64,000 bases of DNA from Flavobacteriaceae bacterium (GCA_020435965.1 JAGQYS010000010.1:12687-76686), one strand, 5' to 3'. Positions 28,579-37,837 are shown, counted from the stretch's first letter. A program made the numbers and translations. Notes: generated by a model not told the origin, from the sequence alone.

Positions 28579-28712
28579 AGCCATCCTAACCTTCCCAAAG
28601 GGAAGGAAAATCAAAAGGATTGTATTATCTTTAAGCTTTATTAATGATGTTAAATACTAACTCAAAACACCCCGTTTGAGTTTTTCCCCTTTGGGGAAAT
28701 TAAAAGGGGCTT
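28579..28712. repeat. Palindromic intergenic element, same family as 27675-27792
   Basis: aagccatcctaaccttcccaaagggaagg ... ttcccctttggggaaattaaaaggggctt; fills the SDR-HAO spacer and creates the false N-terminal extension of ORF 28676. Confidence 0.8.
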
Positions 28713-28717
28713 ATATC

Positions 28718-29254
28718 ATGAGCAAATTATATTCTCCAATTAATTTTAAAGCCTGGATTGAAGAAAACAGACATCTTTTAAAACCACCAGTAGGCAATAA
28801 AGTAGTTTGGAAAGATGGCGATTTTATTGTTATGGTTGTTGGTGGCCCTAATAGCCGAAAGGATTATCACTACAACGAAACACCAGAATTTTTCTATCAA
28901 GTTGAAGGTGATATTGTCTTAAAAGTGATTGACAAAGGCACACCAAAAGACATTCATATTAAAGAAGGTGAAATTTTCTTATTACCTCCAAAAGTACCGC
29001 ATTCACCTCAACGTGGCGCTAATACAGTAGGTTTAGTGATTGAATACCCAAGAGAAAAAGGGGTTAAAGATGCCTTACTTTGGTTCTGCGAAAATTGCAC
29101 AACCAAATTATATGAAGAAGATTTTACTTTAGATAATATTGAAACTGATATGCCTGTAATTTTTGACAAATATTATGGCGATAAAGGTAAACGTACATGC
29201 CCAAATTGCAGAGAAGTGATGCAACCACCAAAAAAAATTCAGATAGAAGACTAA
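28718..29254 (+). CDS. nbaC: 3-hydroxyanthranilate 3,4-dioxygenase
   Basis: Family-typical start MSKLYSPINFKAWIEENRHLLKPPVGNK at ATG 28718. Cupin core YHYNETPEFFYQVEG...LLPPKVPHSPQR. C-terminal rubredoxin-like CENC...CPNC site. Confidence 0.92.
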   Translation: MSKLYSPINFKAWIEENRHLLKPPVGNKVVWKDGDFIVMVVGGPNSRKDYHYNETPEFFYQVEGDIVLKVIDKGTPKDIHIKEGEIFLLPPKVPHSPQRGANTVGLVIEYPREKGVKDALLWFCENCTTKLYEEDFTLDNIETDMPVIFDKYYGDKGKRTCPNCREVMQPPKKIQIED

Positions 29255-29265
29255 TTAAAAAATTC

Positions 29266-29336
29266 GTCATGACGAGGAAGTGTGACGAAGTAATCTCACA
29301 ATAAAAGATTGCCACGCCAAATGGCTCGCAATGACA
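29266..29336. repeat. REP/MITE-like palindromic element (GTCAT...AGATTGCCACG...CTCGCAATGACA type)
   Basis: gtcatgacgaggaagtgtgacgaagtaatctc...agattgccacgccaaatggctcgcaatgaca; its right half recurs at 45633-45665. Confidence 0.8.
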
Positions 29337-30425
29337 ACTATGGAAAAACGTAAATTACGAATAAACGGTCACTCACACTTGCTTCCATATCCTGAGGAAA
29401 TCCCCCAGTTTATGAAAGACAAAGGTATTTTTTGGGTAGATAAAGACCGGAAATTTATGCTTCAAAAAGATTGGAATCGCCCAATAACTGATTCTAGTTT
29501 TTTCTTAAATGAAAAATTAGCATGGATGGAGCGTTTCAAGATAGATCACGCTGTTGTTTTAAATTTGTCACAACTCTATGGTAATGGTTTGCGTGTAGAA
29601 GAAATGAAGCAAGCACTACGTTTTCAAAATGATTTTAATGCAAGAATACAACGAGAGAATCCTAGTAAATTCACTTGTGGCTTTGTGGTTCATCCTGGTT
29701 TTGTTAAAGGAGCTTGTTGGGAAATTGAGCGTTGTGTTGAAGAATTAGGAATGCAACTATTGTGCTTACCAACACATTATATGGACACCATTGGCACTTG
29801 GCGTTGTATTTTTGATGAAGAAAACGAACCCATTTTTGAACTTGCAAATAAGTATAATCTTGCGGTTGAAATCCACCCTTATGATGGTGAAAAATTCATC
29901 AAATTAGAAAATACTTCTTGGCGTTTTCACCTTATATGGATGTTGGCGCAATGTGCTGATGCCTATCACTTTTTAACTTTAAATGGTTATCAAGAAAAAT
30001 ATCCAAATATGCGTACGTGTTTTGCTCATGGAGGACAATTAGCACAAATAAACTTAGGAAGACGCATACAAGGGTTTGATGGACGACCAGATTTATTTGA
30101 AGGCAAACATCACCCAAGGAAGGCTGTTGGCCATAAAAACATTTTCTTTGACACTTTGGTTCATGACACTGGTGGACTGCAACTTTTAATTAAGAATCAA
30201 GGTTCAAAACAAGTCCTGATGGGATTAGACGACCCTTATCCTTTAGGGGAAATGGAGAGTGCCAAGCAAAGCTCGTATCCAGGTAAAATTTTAGATTTAG
30301 CCATGGAACGCCAAATCATTACAGAAGAAGAACGCGACGCCATTTGGGAAGACAATGTGATACAATGGTTGTGTGGTGGTGATGAAGAAGCAAAACAAAA
30401 ATTACTCAACAGAATATTAGATTAA
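29331..30425 (+). CDS. nbaD: Amidohydrolase-2 family decarboxylase, probable 2-amino-3-carboxymuconate-6-semialdehyde decarboxylase (ACMSD)
   Basis: 364 aa; blocks shared with human ACMSD as I recall it: HSHLLP, ERCVEELG, EIHPYD, CFAHGG, RPDLF, DTLVHD, DDPYPLGE. ATG 29331 is inside the repeat terminus; ATG 29340 is an alternative. Confidence 0.78.
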   Translation: MTTMEKRKLRINGHSHLLPYPEEIPQFMKDKGIFWVDKDRKFMLQKDWNRPITDSSFFLNEKLAWMERFKIDHAVVLNLSQLYGNGLRVEEMKQALRFQNDFNARIQRENPSKFTCGFVVHPGFVKGACWEIERCVEELGMQLLCLPTHYMDTIGTWRCIFDEENEPIFELANKYNLAVEIHPYDGEKFIKLENTSWRFHLIWMLAQCADAYHFLTLNGYQEKYPNMRTCFAHGGQLAQINLGRRIQGFDGRPDLFEGKHHPRKAVGHKNIFFDTLVHDTGGLQLLIKNQGSKQVLMGLDDPYPLGEMESAKQSSYPGKILDLAMERQIITEEERDAIWEDNVIQWLCGGDEEAKQKLLNRILD

Positions 30426-30435
30426 TGAAAAAGAA

Positions 30436-30510
30436 TGTCACCTCGAGCGCAGTCGAGAGGTCTTTTTTATAAAATAATTTTAATAGGTCTCGACTGCGCT
30501 CGACCAGACA
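30436..30510. repeat. REP/MITE-like palindromic element with GAGCGCAGTCGAGA core
   Basis: tgtcacctcgagcgcagtcgagaggtc...(AT-rich loop)...ggtctcgactgcgctcgaccagaca: 16-nt perfect arms (tcgagcgcagtcgaga); creates the false N-terminal extension of ORF 30435. Confidence 0.85.
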
Positions 30511-30515
30511 TTGTA

Positions 30516-31160
30516 ATGCACTTTTTACCTGAAAAAATTGATGATTATGTTGTAAAACATTCTGAAGAGGAACCAGAATTATTGCAACAACTTAATAGAG
30601 AAACCTTTCAAAAGATTTTGCAACCACGAATGTTGAGTGGTCATTACCAAGGTCGTGTTTTAAGCATGATATCTAAGCTGGTTAATCCGAAACATATTCT
30701 TGAAATAGGTACTTACACAGGTTATTCAGCTATATGTTTAGCTGAAGGTATGCAAAAATCTGGAGAATTACACACTATTGATATTAATGAAGAGTTGTAC
30801 GATTTTCAACGTAAGTATTTTGATAAATTTGGTTTTGGGCAACAAATCATTCAACATCTAGGAAATGCTTTAGATATCATTCCGAAACTTGATAAGACTT
30901 TTGATCTTGTTTTTATTGATGCTGACAAAGAAAATTACTCAAACTATTTTCATGCCATCATTGACAAGATGAATACTGGAGGAATCATTCTGTCTGATAA
31001 TGTGTTATGGAGTGGAAAAGTATTGGATACAGAATTTAAAAAAGAAGACAAATCCACACCTGCTTTAATTGAGTACAATAAACTATTAAAAGCAGATAAA
31101 CGAGTTGAAACCATCATTCTACCGATTAGAGATGGGTTAACTATTTCTAGAAAATTGTAG
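30516..31160 (+). CDS. Class I SAM-dependent O-methyltransferase (caffeoyl-CoA OMT-like)
   Basis: Start moved to ATG 30516 (MHFLPEKIDDYV...). LEIGTYTGYSAICLA SAM motif and FIDADKENY motif. Confidence 0.8.
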   Translation: MHFLPEKIDDYVVKHSEEEPELLQQLNRETFQKILQPRMLSGHYQGRVLSMISKLVNPKHILEIGTYTGYSAICLAEGMQKSGELHTIDINEELYDFQRKYFDKFGFGQQIIQHLGNALDIIPKLDKTFDLVFIDADKENYSNYFHAIIDKMNTGGIILSDNVLWSGKVLDTEFKKEDKSTPALIEYNKLLKADKRVETIILPIRDGLTISRKL

Positions 31161-31162
31161 TA

Positions 31163-31450
31163 CTATAACTTTCTTTTTACAGAACCTGTAAAATCGTCAA
31201 GTCCTTCTTTAACTTTTTTAACCTCCTCATTGATGCTACTGGCAACATCAGTATCAATGCCATGCTTATCAGCACTTTTAGCTATTTCGTGTTTAATATC
31301 ATTGGTAGCATCTTTTAGCGTACGCATTCCTTTACCAAGTCCACGCGCTATTTCAGGAATTTTATCTGCACCAAAAACCATAACCACAATAAAAAGCACC
31401 ACTGCGATTTCGGCTCCACTGATAAATAAAAAAGTTACTAGTTGTATCAC
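31163..31450 (-). CDS. tatA: Twin-arginine translocase subunit TatA/E
   Basis: 95 aa; TM plus amphipathic helix, VVLFIVVMVFGADKIPEIARGLGKGMR. Confidence 0.85.
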   Translation of the reverse strand: MIQLVTFLFISGAEIAVVLFIVVMVFGADKIPEIARGLGKGMRTLKDATNDIKHEIAKSADKHGIDTDVASSINEEVKKVKEGLDDFTGSVKRKL

Positions 31451-31486
31451 GTTACAAATATAGTGAGTAAGTTTAAATTGATTAAA

Positions 31487-31516
31487 AAAATACCGACTTT
31501 TAAAAGTCGGTATTTT
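31487..31516 (-). terminator. Perfect palindromic hairpin terminator downstream of the M1 peptidase gene
   Basis: aaaataccgactttt / aaaagtcggtatttt, flanked by A/T runs on both sides. Confidence 0.75.
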
Positions 31517-31537
31517 AATTTTTAACTAAAAACAGTA

Positions 31538-33835
31538 TTAATTTTTACTTTTAAACTGTTCAAATTTACTTTGTTTGATTTCTTTTGGCCAAGAATTATT
31601 TGATGTATCTATATCTGCTGTTTCTAAATCTGGATCAATTTCTATAGATACAATTTCTTTTTGTGTAGCCATAGCTCTTGTAACTTGCTTATCATTATGT
31701 CTCCAAATTTGTGCAGGATATGTTATTCGTTCTTTAGAACCATCTGCATAAGTATATTCAACAATAATTGGCATTACCAAACCTCCTGGTTTTTCAAATG
31801 TTATATTGTAAAAATACTTAGGTGATTTTATGTTTTTACGTTCGGCTTCAGTGAAGTTATCCATTAAATATTCTTTTAATGTTGTTGAGTTTTCCAATGG
31901 TTCGTTATTTTTCATACTTGCCATATACTCTTCACTACCTTCTTCTACAAAATAAACCAAAGGCCCTAATTCTTCAACACTTGTTTTTCTAAAATCAGCA
32001 ATTCTTTTAGCTGCAGCGTTAGGTTGCGAAGAAACGTATAGTTTTTTTACATCTTTAAGTCCAATATCTACATAATCCGTTGTATAAAACCATCCTCTCC
32101 AAAACCAATCTAAATCCATTGCTGAGGCATCTTCCATGGTTCTGAAAAAATCCTCAGGAGTTGGGTGTTTAAATTTCCAACGGTTTGCATATTCTTTAAA
32201 CGAATAGTCAAATAAGTCTCTTCCCATAACGGTTTCACGTAAAATATTTAAAGCAGTTGCAGGCTTTGCGTAGGCATTATTACCAAATTGGTAGGTATTT
32301 AAGCCCTTACTCATAATTGGAGCAATGAAGTCTTGGTCGCCAGACATATAAGGTATAATATTCTTAGCTGGACCACGTCTTGCTGGAAACTCTGTATCTC
32401 CTTCAGCTAAAGCATCTGGGTATTTTTCTCCAAAATCTCTCTCTGCTACATATTGCACAAAAGTATTTAAACCTTCGTCCATCCATGTCCATTGACGCTC
32501 ATCACTATTAACAATCATTGGAAAGAAATTATGTCCAACTTCATGAATAATAACTCCTTGCATACCATATCTGGTTCTTGGAGGTATTGTTCCATCTTTA
32601 TTTGGACGTCCAAAATTATAGCATATCATTGGATATTCCATTCCCATTGGCGCACTTACTGAAATGGCTTTGTGGTAAGGATAATCAAAGGTCATTCTTG
32701 AATAAGAAATTAAGGTGCTAGCCACAGTTTTTGATGACCAATCGCCCCAAAGTGGATTAGCCTCTGGTGGATACATTGACACAGCCATCACATCTTTACC
32801 TCCAATTTTAACAGCCATCATATCCCAAATAAACTTTCTAGAGGATGCCCAACCAAAATCGCGTACATTTTCTGCATGTAATTTCCAAGTCTTTTTGGCA
32901 CTACTCTTTTTTTGTGAGGCTGCTTCAGCTTCTTTTTGGGTAACAATTTCAACTGGTTCATCAAATGATCTTTTTGCTTTTTCATAGCGCGCCATCATGT
33001 CTTTGGTAAAAACCTCACTCCTATTCATTAGACGTCCCGTTCCATCTAAAATATGATCGGCTGGCACTGTAATGTTCACTTCAAAATTACCGAATGGTAA
33101 CGCAAATTCATCACGACCAAAAAACTGTGCGTTTTGCCATCCTTCAACATCATTGTAAACTGCCATTCTTGGGTAGAATTGTGCCATTACATAGATTTTA
33201 TTATCTGTATCTGGGAAGTACTCAAATCCTGAACGGCCTCCTTCTTCTACATGGTTGTTGATATTGTACCACCATTGTATCTTGAATGAAAATTTATCTC
33301 CTGTATTCATTGGTTGTGGCAATTCAACTCGCATCATAGTTCCATTGATCATGTGAGATAATGGCTTACCGTTTGTATCTGTAACTTTTTCTATGTGAAA
33401 CCCTCTCTCTAAAGGATCTTTCATGTATTTTTTTACAAAATTTGAAGGGCTTTCAACAGGACTGGTAAACGTACTTTCAATTAATGGTGTTTTTGAGTCT
33501 GGAGCTCTCATGTTTTGATCTAACTGAACCCATAAAAACTTTAATTCGTCTGGTGAATTGTTTGTATAGGTTATGGTTTCGTTACCTGACAACCTGCTGT
33601 TAACGTCATCAAGTTCTATGTCCATTTTATAATCTGCTTGTTGCTGATAATATCCTGGTCCTGGTGCTCCTGAACCTGTTCTGAACATGTTTGGAGTAGC
33701 AAATTCATCGTATAATTCTTTGAATTTGTTTTCGTTTTTATGTCCTGGTTTACGTTCTGGCTGCGTTTGTTCTTGAGCAAACATTCCTATGGAAACAAAT
33801 AGAAATGAAAGACATAAGTATTTGATTTTTTTCAT
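31538..33835 (-). CDS. M1-family zinc metallopeptidase (aminopeptidase N-like), secreted
   Basis: 765 aa; signal peptide; HEVGHNFF...WMDEGLNTF (HExxH-x18-E). Confidence 0.9.
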   Translation of the reverse strand: MKKIKYLCLSFLFVSIGMFAQEQTQPERKPGHKNENKFKELYDEFATPNMFRTGSGAPGPGYYQQQADYKMDIELDDVNSRLSGNETITYTNNSPDELKFLWVQLDQNMRAPDSKTPLIESTFTSPVESPSNFVKKYMKDPLERGFHIEKVTDTNGKPLSHMINGTMMRVELPQPMNTGDKFSFKIQWWYNINNHVEEGGRSGFEYFPDTDNKIYVMAQFYPRMAVYNDVEGWQNAQFFGRDEFALPFGNFEVNITVPADHILDGTGRLMNRSEVFTKDMMARYEKAKRSFDEPVEIVTQKEAEAASQKKSSAKKTWKLHAENVRDFGWASSRKFIWDMMAVKIGGKDVMAVSMYPPEANPLWGDWSSKTVASTLISYSRMTFDYPYHKAISVSAPMGMEYPMICYNFGRPNKDGTIPPRTRYGMQGVIIHEVGHNFFPMIVNSDERQWTWMDEGLNTFVQYVAERDFGEKYPDALAEGDTEFPARRGPAKNIIPYMSGDQDFIAPIMSKGLNTYQFGNNAYAKPATALNILRETVMGRDLFDYSFKEYANRWKFKHPTPEDFFRTMEDASAMDLDWFWRGWFYTTDYVDIGLKDVKKLYVSSQPNAAAKRIADFRKTSVEELGPLVYFVEEGSEEYMASMKNNEPLENSTTLKEYLMDNFTEAERKNIKSPKYFYNITFEKPGGLVMPIIVEYTYADGSKERITYPAQIWRHNDKQVTRAMATQKEIVSIEIDPDLETADIDTSNNSWPKEIKQSKFEQFKSKN

Positions 33836-33873
33836 AATTAAGTGGTAGTTGATAATTGTATTAAAAGTTTTTG

Positions 33874-34377
33874 TTAATCAAAATGTAATTCGGCTTTATT
33901 GTTCTGTGAGGTTAATAGGTGGCTTTTATGTTTGTTTTTAATTTTGGTTTTAATAATATTTTGTTGCTCACTGAAAACATCAAAAAATAAGTTGTTTATT
34001 ATTTCAAAGTCGTTAATATCTGTAACATTATTTATTTCTAAATAACAATAAACAATATCGTTTTCGTATTCTTTGCCTAAAAACTTAAAATTTGTTGGCT
34101 TATTATCAATTTTGATTTCAACTTTATTGGTAAGATACTTATTAATGTAGTCGTCTATTTTGTCTTCATTTTTTGATACATCAAGTGTTATTGATTCGTC
34201 ATATCTTTTTCGTAACAATGTTTCAAAATCATCAATAAAAATACGCATTATGATTTGCACAGACTCTTTACTTTCAACGTATTCTATTTGTGTAACACTA
34301 ACGTAATATTTGTGCGCAACTGTGAACGACAGTAACGGAATTAGTACGGCGACAAACAGTATTTTAATTGATTTCAT
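33874..34377 (-). CDS. Secreted hypothetical protein
   Basis: 167 aa; signal/TM (ILFVAVLIPLLSFTVA); no motif recognised; upstream in the same operon-like string as the M1 peptidase. Confidence 0.4.
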   Translation of the reverse strand: MKSIKILFVAVLIPLLSFTVAHKYYVSVTQIEYVESKESVQIIMRIFIDDFETLLRKRYDESITLDVSKNEDKIDDYINKYLTNKVEIKIDNKPTNFKFLGKEYENDIVYCYLEINNVTDINDFEIINNLFFDVFSEQQNIIKTKIKNKHKSHLLTSQNNKAELHFD

Positions 34378-34446
34378 AAATAATGACTACTGAGGTATAC
34401 AAATTTATTAATTTGTAATCTGAATTACTATTTATTTAAGATAAAA

Positions 34447-35244
34447 TTAATCCTTTGATGCTTTGATGTTGGCCTTGAACTCCATATATTTTTCACTTAG
34501 AAATTGATGCACTTCGATACCGCTTTTCCCTTTGCATCTGGAGACAAAATTTGGATCTTCGGAGCAAAAATAAAAAAATTCCATTATTAGGCTTTCATCT
34601 AATGGATGTGTTTTGAGAAATTCATCTGAAAGCTCTTCTTTTATGCGGTACATAAGCTCATCATTGGCTTCTAACCTAACACGTTCTTTCAACATTTTGG
34701 TTCTACCAGTAATGGTATTTAATAGTTTATAAAAATTAAGGCTGAACCCAAAACCAATGCTAGGTATCATTTTTCCAGCATCAGCTTCATGCAGCCGTCG
34801 TTCATTTTGTGTTTTTGGTTTTCCTGTATAACCTGGAATGCCAACATCATAAAAATCGATAGGCTTTTCAACCTCAGCGTTTTTAACATCAAATTCTAAA
34901 TCACCTGAAAGCACTTTCCCGACGGTTACTTCTGGCAGTGCATTAATTTGTTCTTCCAAAAAAATGGTCATCTTTTTTTCTGCAATTATTTCGGAAGTGA
35001 CACGAACAGCGGTTAGCTTATACTGTATTGAAGAAAACACAATGGTGTCATTTAATTTTACATCAATTTCAAAACTTCCTGAAGCAGTAGTTGTTGTATA
35101 CTTTTTTGAAGTTTTATTGATAACATGAATACTTTCAACATCAGAATTTGCAAAGACTTGCCCTTCAATTTCAACCGATTGAGCTAAGCCAATTGAAACG
35201 GAAAATAAAATTACACTAAAAAAATATAGCCTAATCCTTTCCAT
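34447..35244 (-). CDS. Carboxypeptidase-regulatory-like (CarbopepD_reg) domain protein, paralogue A
   Basis: 265 aa; signal peptide, then IEGQVFANSDVESIHVINKTSKKYTTTTASGSFEIDVKLNDTIVFSSIQYK, a beta-sandwich pattern shared with the next gene. Confidence 0.55.
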   Translation of the reverse strand: MERIRLYFFSVILFSVSIGLAQSVEIEGQVFANSDVESIHVINKTSKKYTTTTASGSFEIDVKLNDTIVFSSIQYKLTAVRVTSEIIAEKKMTIFLEEQINALPEVTVGKVLSGDLEFDVKNAEVEKPIDFYDVGIPGYTGKPKTQNERRLHEADAGKMIPSIGFGFSLNFYKLLNTITGRTKMLKERVRLEANDELMYRIKEELSDEFLKTHPLDESLIMEFFYFCSEDPNFVSRCKGKSGIEVHQFLSEKYMEFKANIKASKD

Positions 35245-36055
35245 TCTTATTAGCTTGAAACTCCTTGCTTTTTTTTATTATGTAATCTAAGAATTGTAAC
35301 TCTTTACCATCATCCAACAAATTTTTATCCATTCCGGAATCTTCAACAAAATAAATAAATTCAGTTATTTGATGTTTAGGGATATTAAGTTTTTCCATTA
35401 AGTATTCTGGGGAATATTTATCAACAATATCTCTATCAAAAGCAAATTCATTTTTCAATATTTGTTTTTTATCAGATTTAAAAAGTGGTTTTAGAGCAAA
35501 ACCTAAAATTTTTACAAAATCTACACCATTGATAAGTCTTGTTTCATTTATTGCAATATTTTTTACTCCTGAAATATAATCGTCTGTAAATTCAAATTTA
35601 TCAAGATTATCCAATCCAAAATACAAGGCATCTAAATTTGGGTTAACGATTTTTGCCCTTACAGCATCAACTGTTAGGTTACCCGTTAAGCCATATGGTA
35701 AAATGATAATTTCCGGGAGTTTGTTTACTTCTTCAACCAAAACAACTGTTAAGGCTTTAGAGTCTATAATATCTTGGGTGACTACAATTTCAAAGTCTTC
35801 AAATTGCAAAGCAGAAATTTGTAATCTGTCATTGAGAGCCACTAGAATACTAAATTTGCCTTCTGCATCTGTTATGGTGCCTTTATTTGAAGATGTATTA
35901 AAAATAGCAACACCTTCTATATCTGGAGAGTCTACAATAATTTTCCCATTTACTTCAATACGCTGAACATCTTGAGCATTTATTAAAAAAATATTGAGTC
36001 CGAAAAACACAATTAAGCATAAAGGTTTAAGTAGTTTTAATGTTGGTTTGGTCAT
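35231..36055 (-). CDS. Carboxypeptidase-regulatory-like domain protein, paralogue B
   Basis: 274 aa; VNGKIIVDSPDIEGVAIFNTSSNKGTITDAEGKFSILVALNDRLQISALQFE; overlaps paralogue A by 14 nt. Confidence 0.55.
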   Translation of the reverse strand: MTKPTLKLLKPLCLIVFFGLNIFLINAQDVQRIEVNGKIIVDSPDIEGVAIFNTSSNKGTITDAEGKFSILVALNDRLQISALQFEDFEIVVTQDIIDSKALTVVLVEEVNKLPEIIILPYGLTGNLTVDAVRAKIVNPNLDALYFGLDNLDKFEFTDDYISGVKNIAINETRLINGVDFVKILGFALKPLFKSDKKQILKNEFAFDRDIVDKYSPEYLMEKLNIPKHQITEFIYFVEDSGMDKNLLDDGKELQFLDYIIKKSKEFQANKNGKD

Positions 36056-36200
36056 AGCTTTTAATTATTGCATAAATAAAGTTATTACAATTCATAAAAT
36101 TTGTGAATGATAATTAAACTTTTGTTAAATGATACATTTAATTAAATTTACAAAAATGGTTTGGTATGCAACGAATACTAAACGTTAAAACTATACTCAG

Positions 36201-36908
36201 TTGAAAAATTTAATTATCGCAAGCACTTCAACAGTTCATGGAAGTGACTTTTTAGAGTATCTTCTCAATGAATTAAAAGTGCTTTTTGAAAATACTAATC
36301 AAGTTATTTTTGTGCCTTATGCACGACCTGGAGGTATTACCCATGAACTTTATACAGATAAAGTAAAATCCGTATTTAAAAAGATTGGGAAATCAGTAAA
36401 TGGGCTACATGAATTCAAAAATTCTGCTGAAGCCATTAAAAATTCAAAAGGGATTTTTGTTGGTGGTGGCAATACTTTTGTTTTGGTCAATCAGCTTTAT
36501 AAAAACCATTTAATTAAACCTCTTCAAGATTCTGTTTTGACTGGAACTCCATATTTAGGAACAAGTGCAGGCAGCAATATTTGTGGTTTGACCATGAATA
36601 CAACCAACGATATGCCAATCGTGTATCCTCCAAGTTTTAAAACATTGGCTTTGGTACCTTTTAATATCAATCCACATTATTTAGATCCAGATCCAAATAG
36701 CAAGCATATGGGAGAAACGCGAGAAACACGTATTAAAGAGTTTCATAAATTTAACACACAACCTGTTATTGGGTTAAGAGAAGGTAGCTATCTGAAAGTA
36801 AAAAATGATGATGTTATTTTAAAAGGAAACCTTTCTGCTAGAATATTTGAATTTGATAAGTTACCTTATGAATTAAACTCAAATTCCAGTTTAACTTTCC
36901 TTAAATAA
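36201..36908 (+). CDS. pepE: Dipeptidase E (S51 peptidase)
   Basis: 235 aa; GGGNTF and nucleophile GTSAGS motifs; TTG start. Confidence 0.83.
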   Translation: MKNLIIASTSTVHGSDFLEYLLNELKVLFENTNQVIFVPYARPGGITHELYTDKVKSVFKKIGKSVNGLHEFKNSAEAIKNSKGIFVGGGNTFVLVNQLYKNHLIKPLQDSVLTGTPYLGTSAGSNICGLTMNTTNDMPIVYPPSFKTLALVPFNINPHYLDPDPNSKHMGETRETRIKEFHKFNTQPVIGLREGSYLKVKNDDVILKGNLSARIFEFDKLPYELNSNSSLTFLK

Positions 36909-37001
36909 AAAACTGTGACTTTTCAAGCTCTTGTAGTGTCAAAAGTTTATAAACCATAACATAATCTTTTGTATTTTTAAAAATACATTAAAATAACAAT
37001 C

Positions 37002-37775
37002 ATGAGAAGAGGTAATAACAAAATAAGGCTATTAATTGGTGCAGGAATTGTATTATTTGCAGTTATTAAATATTGCTCTAGTGCAGAAATTAACCCTTAC
37101 ACTGGCGAAAAGCAACATATAGCACTTAACGAAGAACAAGAAATTGCACTTGGCTTGCAAGCTGCTCCACAAATGGCACAACAACATGGTGGTTTATATC
37201 CAAATGACAACTATCAAGCTTTTGTAGATCAAGTTGGTAACCGATTGGTAAACAATAGCATTGCTAGACAAACTGGTTATAAATACGACTTTCACTTACT
37301 AGCAGATAAAAACACCATCAATGCGTTTGCACTTCCTGGTGGACAAATATTTATTACATATGCCTTGTTTTCAAAGCTAAAAAACGAAGATCAACTTGCT
37401 GGTGTTTTGGGTCATGAAATTGGTCATGTGGTTGGAAGGCATTCTGCTGAGCGTATGGCAAATCAAGGCTTAATGGAAGGCATCTTAAATGGAGTTGCTG
37501 TTGGTATTGATCCAAGTACTGCACAAGGAGCTGCTGCCATTGCGCAAATGGTAAATATGAGTTATGGTAGAGAAGATGAGCTACAAAGCGATGATCTGGG
37601 AGTAAAATTCATGATGGAATCCAATTACAACCCTGAGGCTATGATTGGTGTTATGGAAATATTAAAAGCTGCAGCTGGACCAAATAGAACTCCTGAGCGA
37701 ATGAGTACACATCCTGATCCAGAAAATCGTGTTCAAAAAATTAAAGAAGCGATTGAAAAATATAAAAACATGTAG
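37002..37775 (+). CDS. M48-family zinc metalloprotease
   Basis: 257 aa; N-terminal TM; HEIGHVVGRH motif, NAFALPGG block. Confidence 0.87.
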   Translation: MRRGNNKIRLLIGAGIVLFAVIKYCSSAEINPYTGEKQHIALNEEQEIALGLQAAPQMAQQHGGLYPNDNYQAFVDQVGNRLVNNSIARQTGYKYDFHLLADKNTINAFALPGGQIFITYALFSKLKNEDQLAGVLGHEIGHVVGRHSAERMANQGLMEGILNGVAVGIDPSTAQGAAAIAQMVNMSYGREDELQSDDLGVKFMMESNYNPEAMIGVMEILKAAAGPNRTPERMSTHPDPENRVQKIKEAIEKYKNM

Positions 37776-37798
37776 TCTACTTAACACGACATTAATAC

Positions 37799-37830
37799 AA
37801 ATCCTGCCTTTAAGCAGGATTTTGTTTTTT
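37799..37830 (+). terminator. Rho-independent terminator
   Basis: aaatcctgc / gcaggattt stem, 6-nt loop, T-rich tail; it abuts the gpmI -7 box. Confidence 0.75.
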
Positions 37831-37837
37831 ATCTTTG
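37830..37837 (+). promoter_or_regulatory. Bacteroidota-type -7 promoter box (TAtcTTTG)
   Basis: TATCTTTG 17 nt upstream of gpmI ATG 37855. Confidence 0.5.

Noticed and set aside
28676-28717. N-terminal extensions of track ORFs that read through palindromic repeats
   Set aside because: The extra residues are translations of the REP-like elements or spacers, and the family-typical N-termini begin at internal ATGs. This applies to 28676 (true start 28718) and 30435 (true start 30516), which read through elements. It also applies to 26193 (true start 26235), 23992 (23998), 47787 (47799) and 44185 (44149), which are plain spacer or upstream read-through.
21146-30510. Could the recurring palindromic elements be a CRISPR array?
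   Set aside because: The repeats are not identical, belong to several sequence types, are irregularly spaced with whole genes between them, and are internally palindromic over their full length. No cas genes are present.
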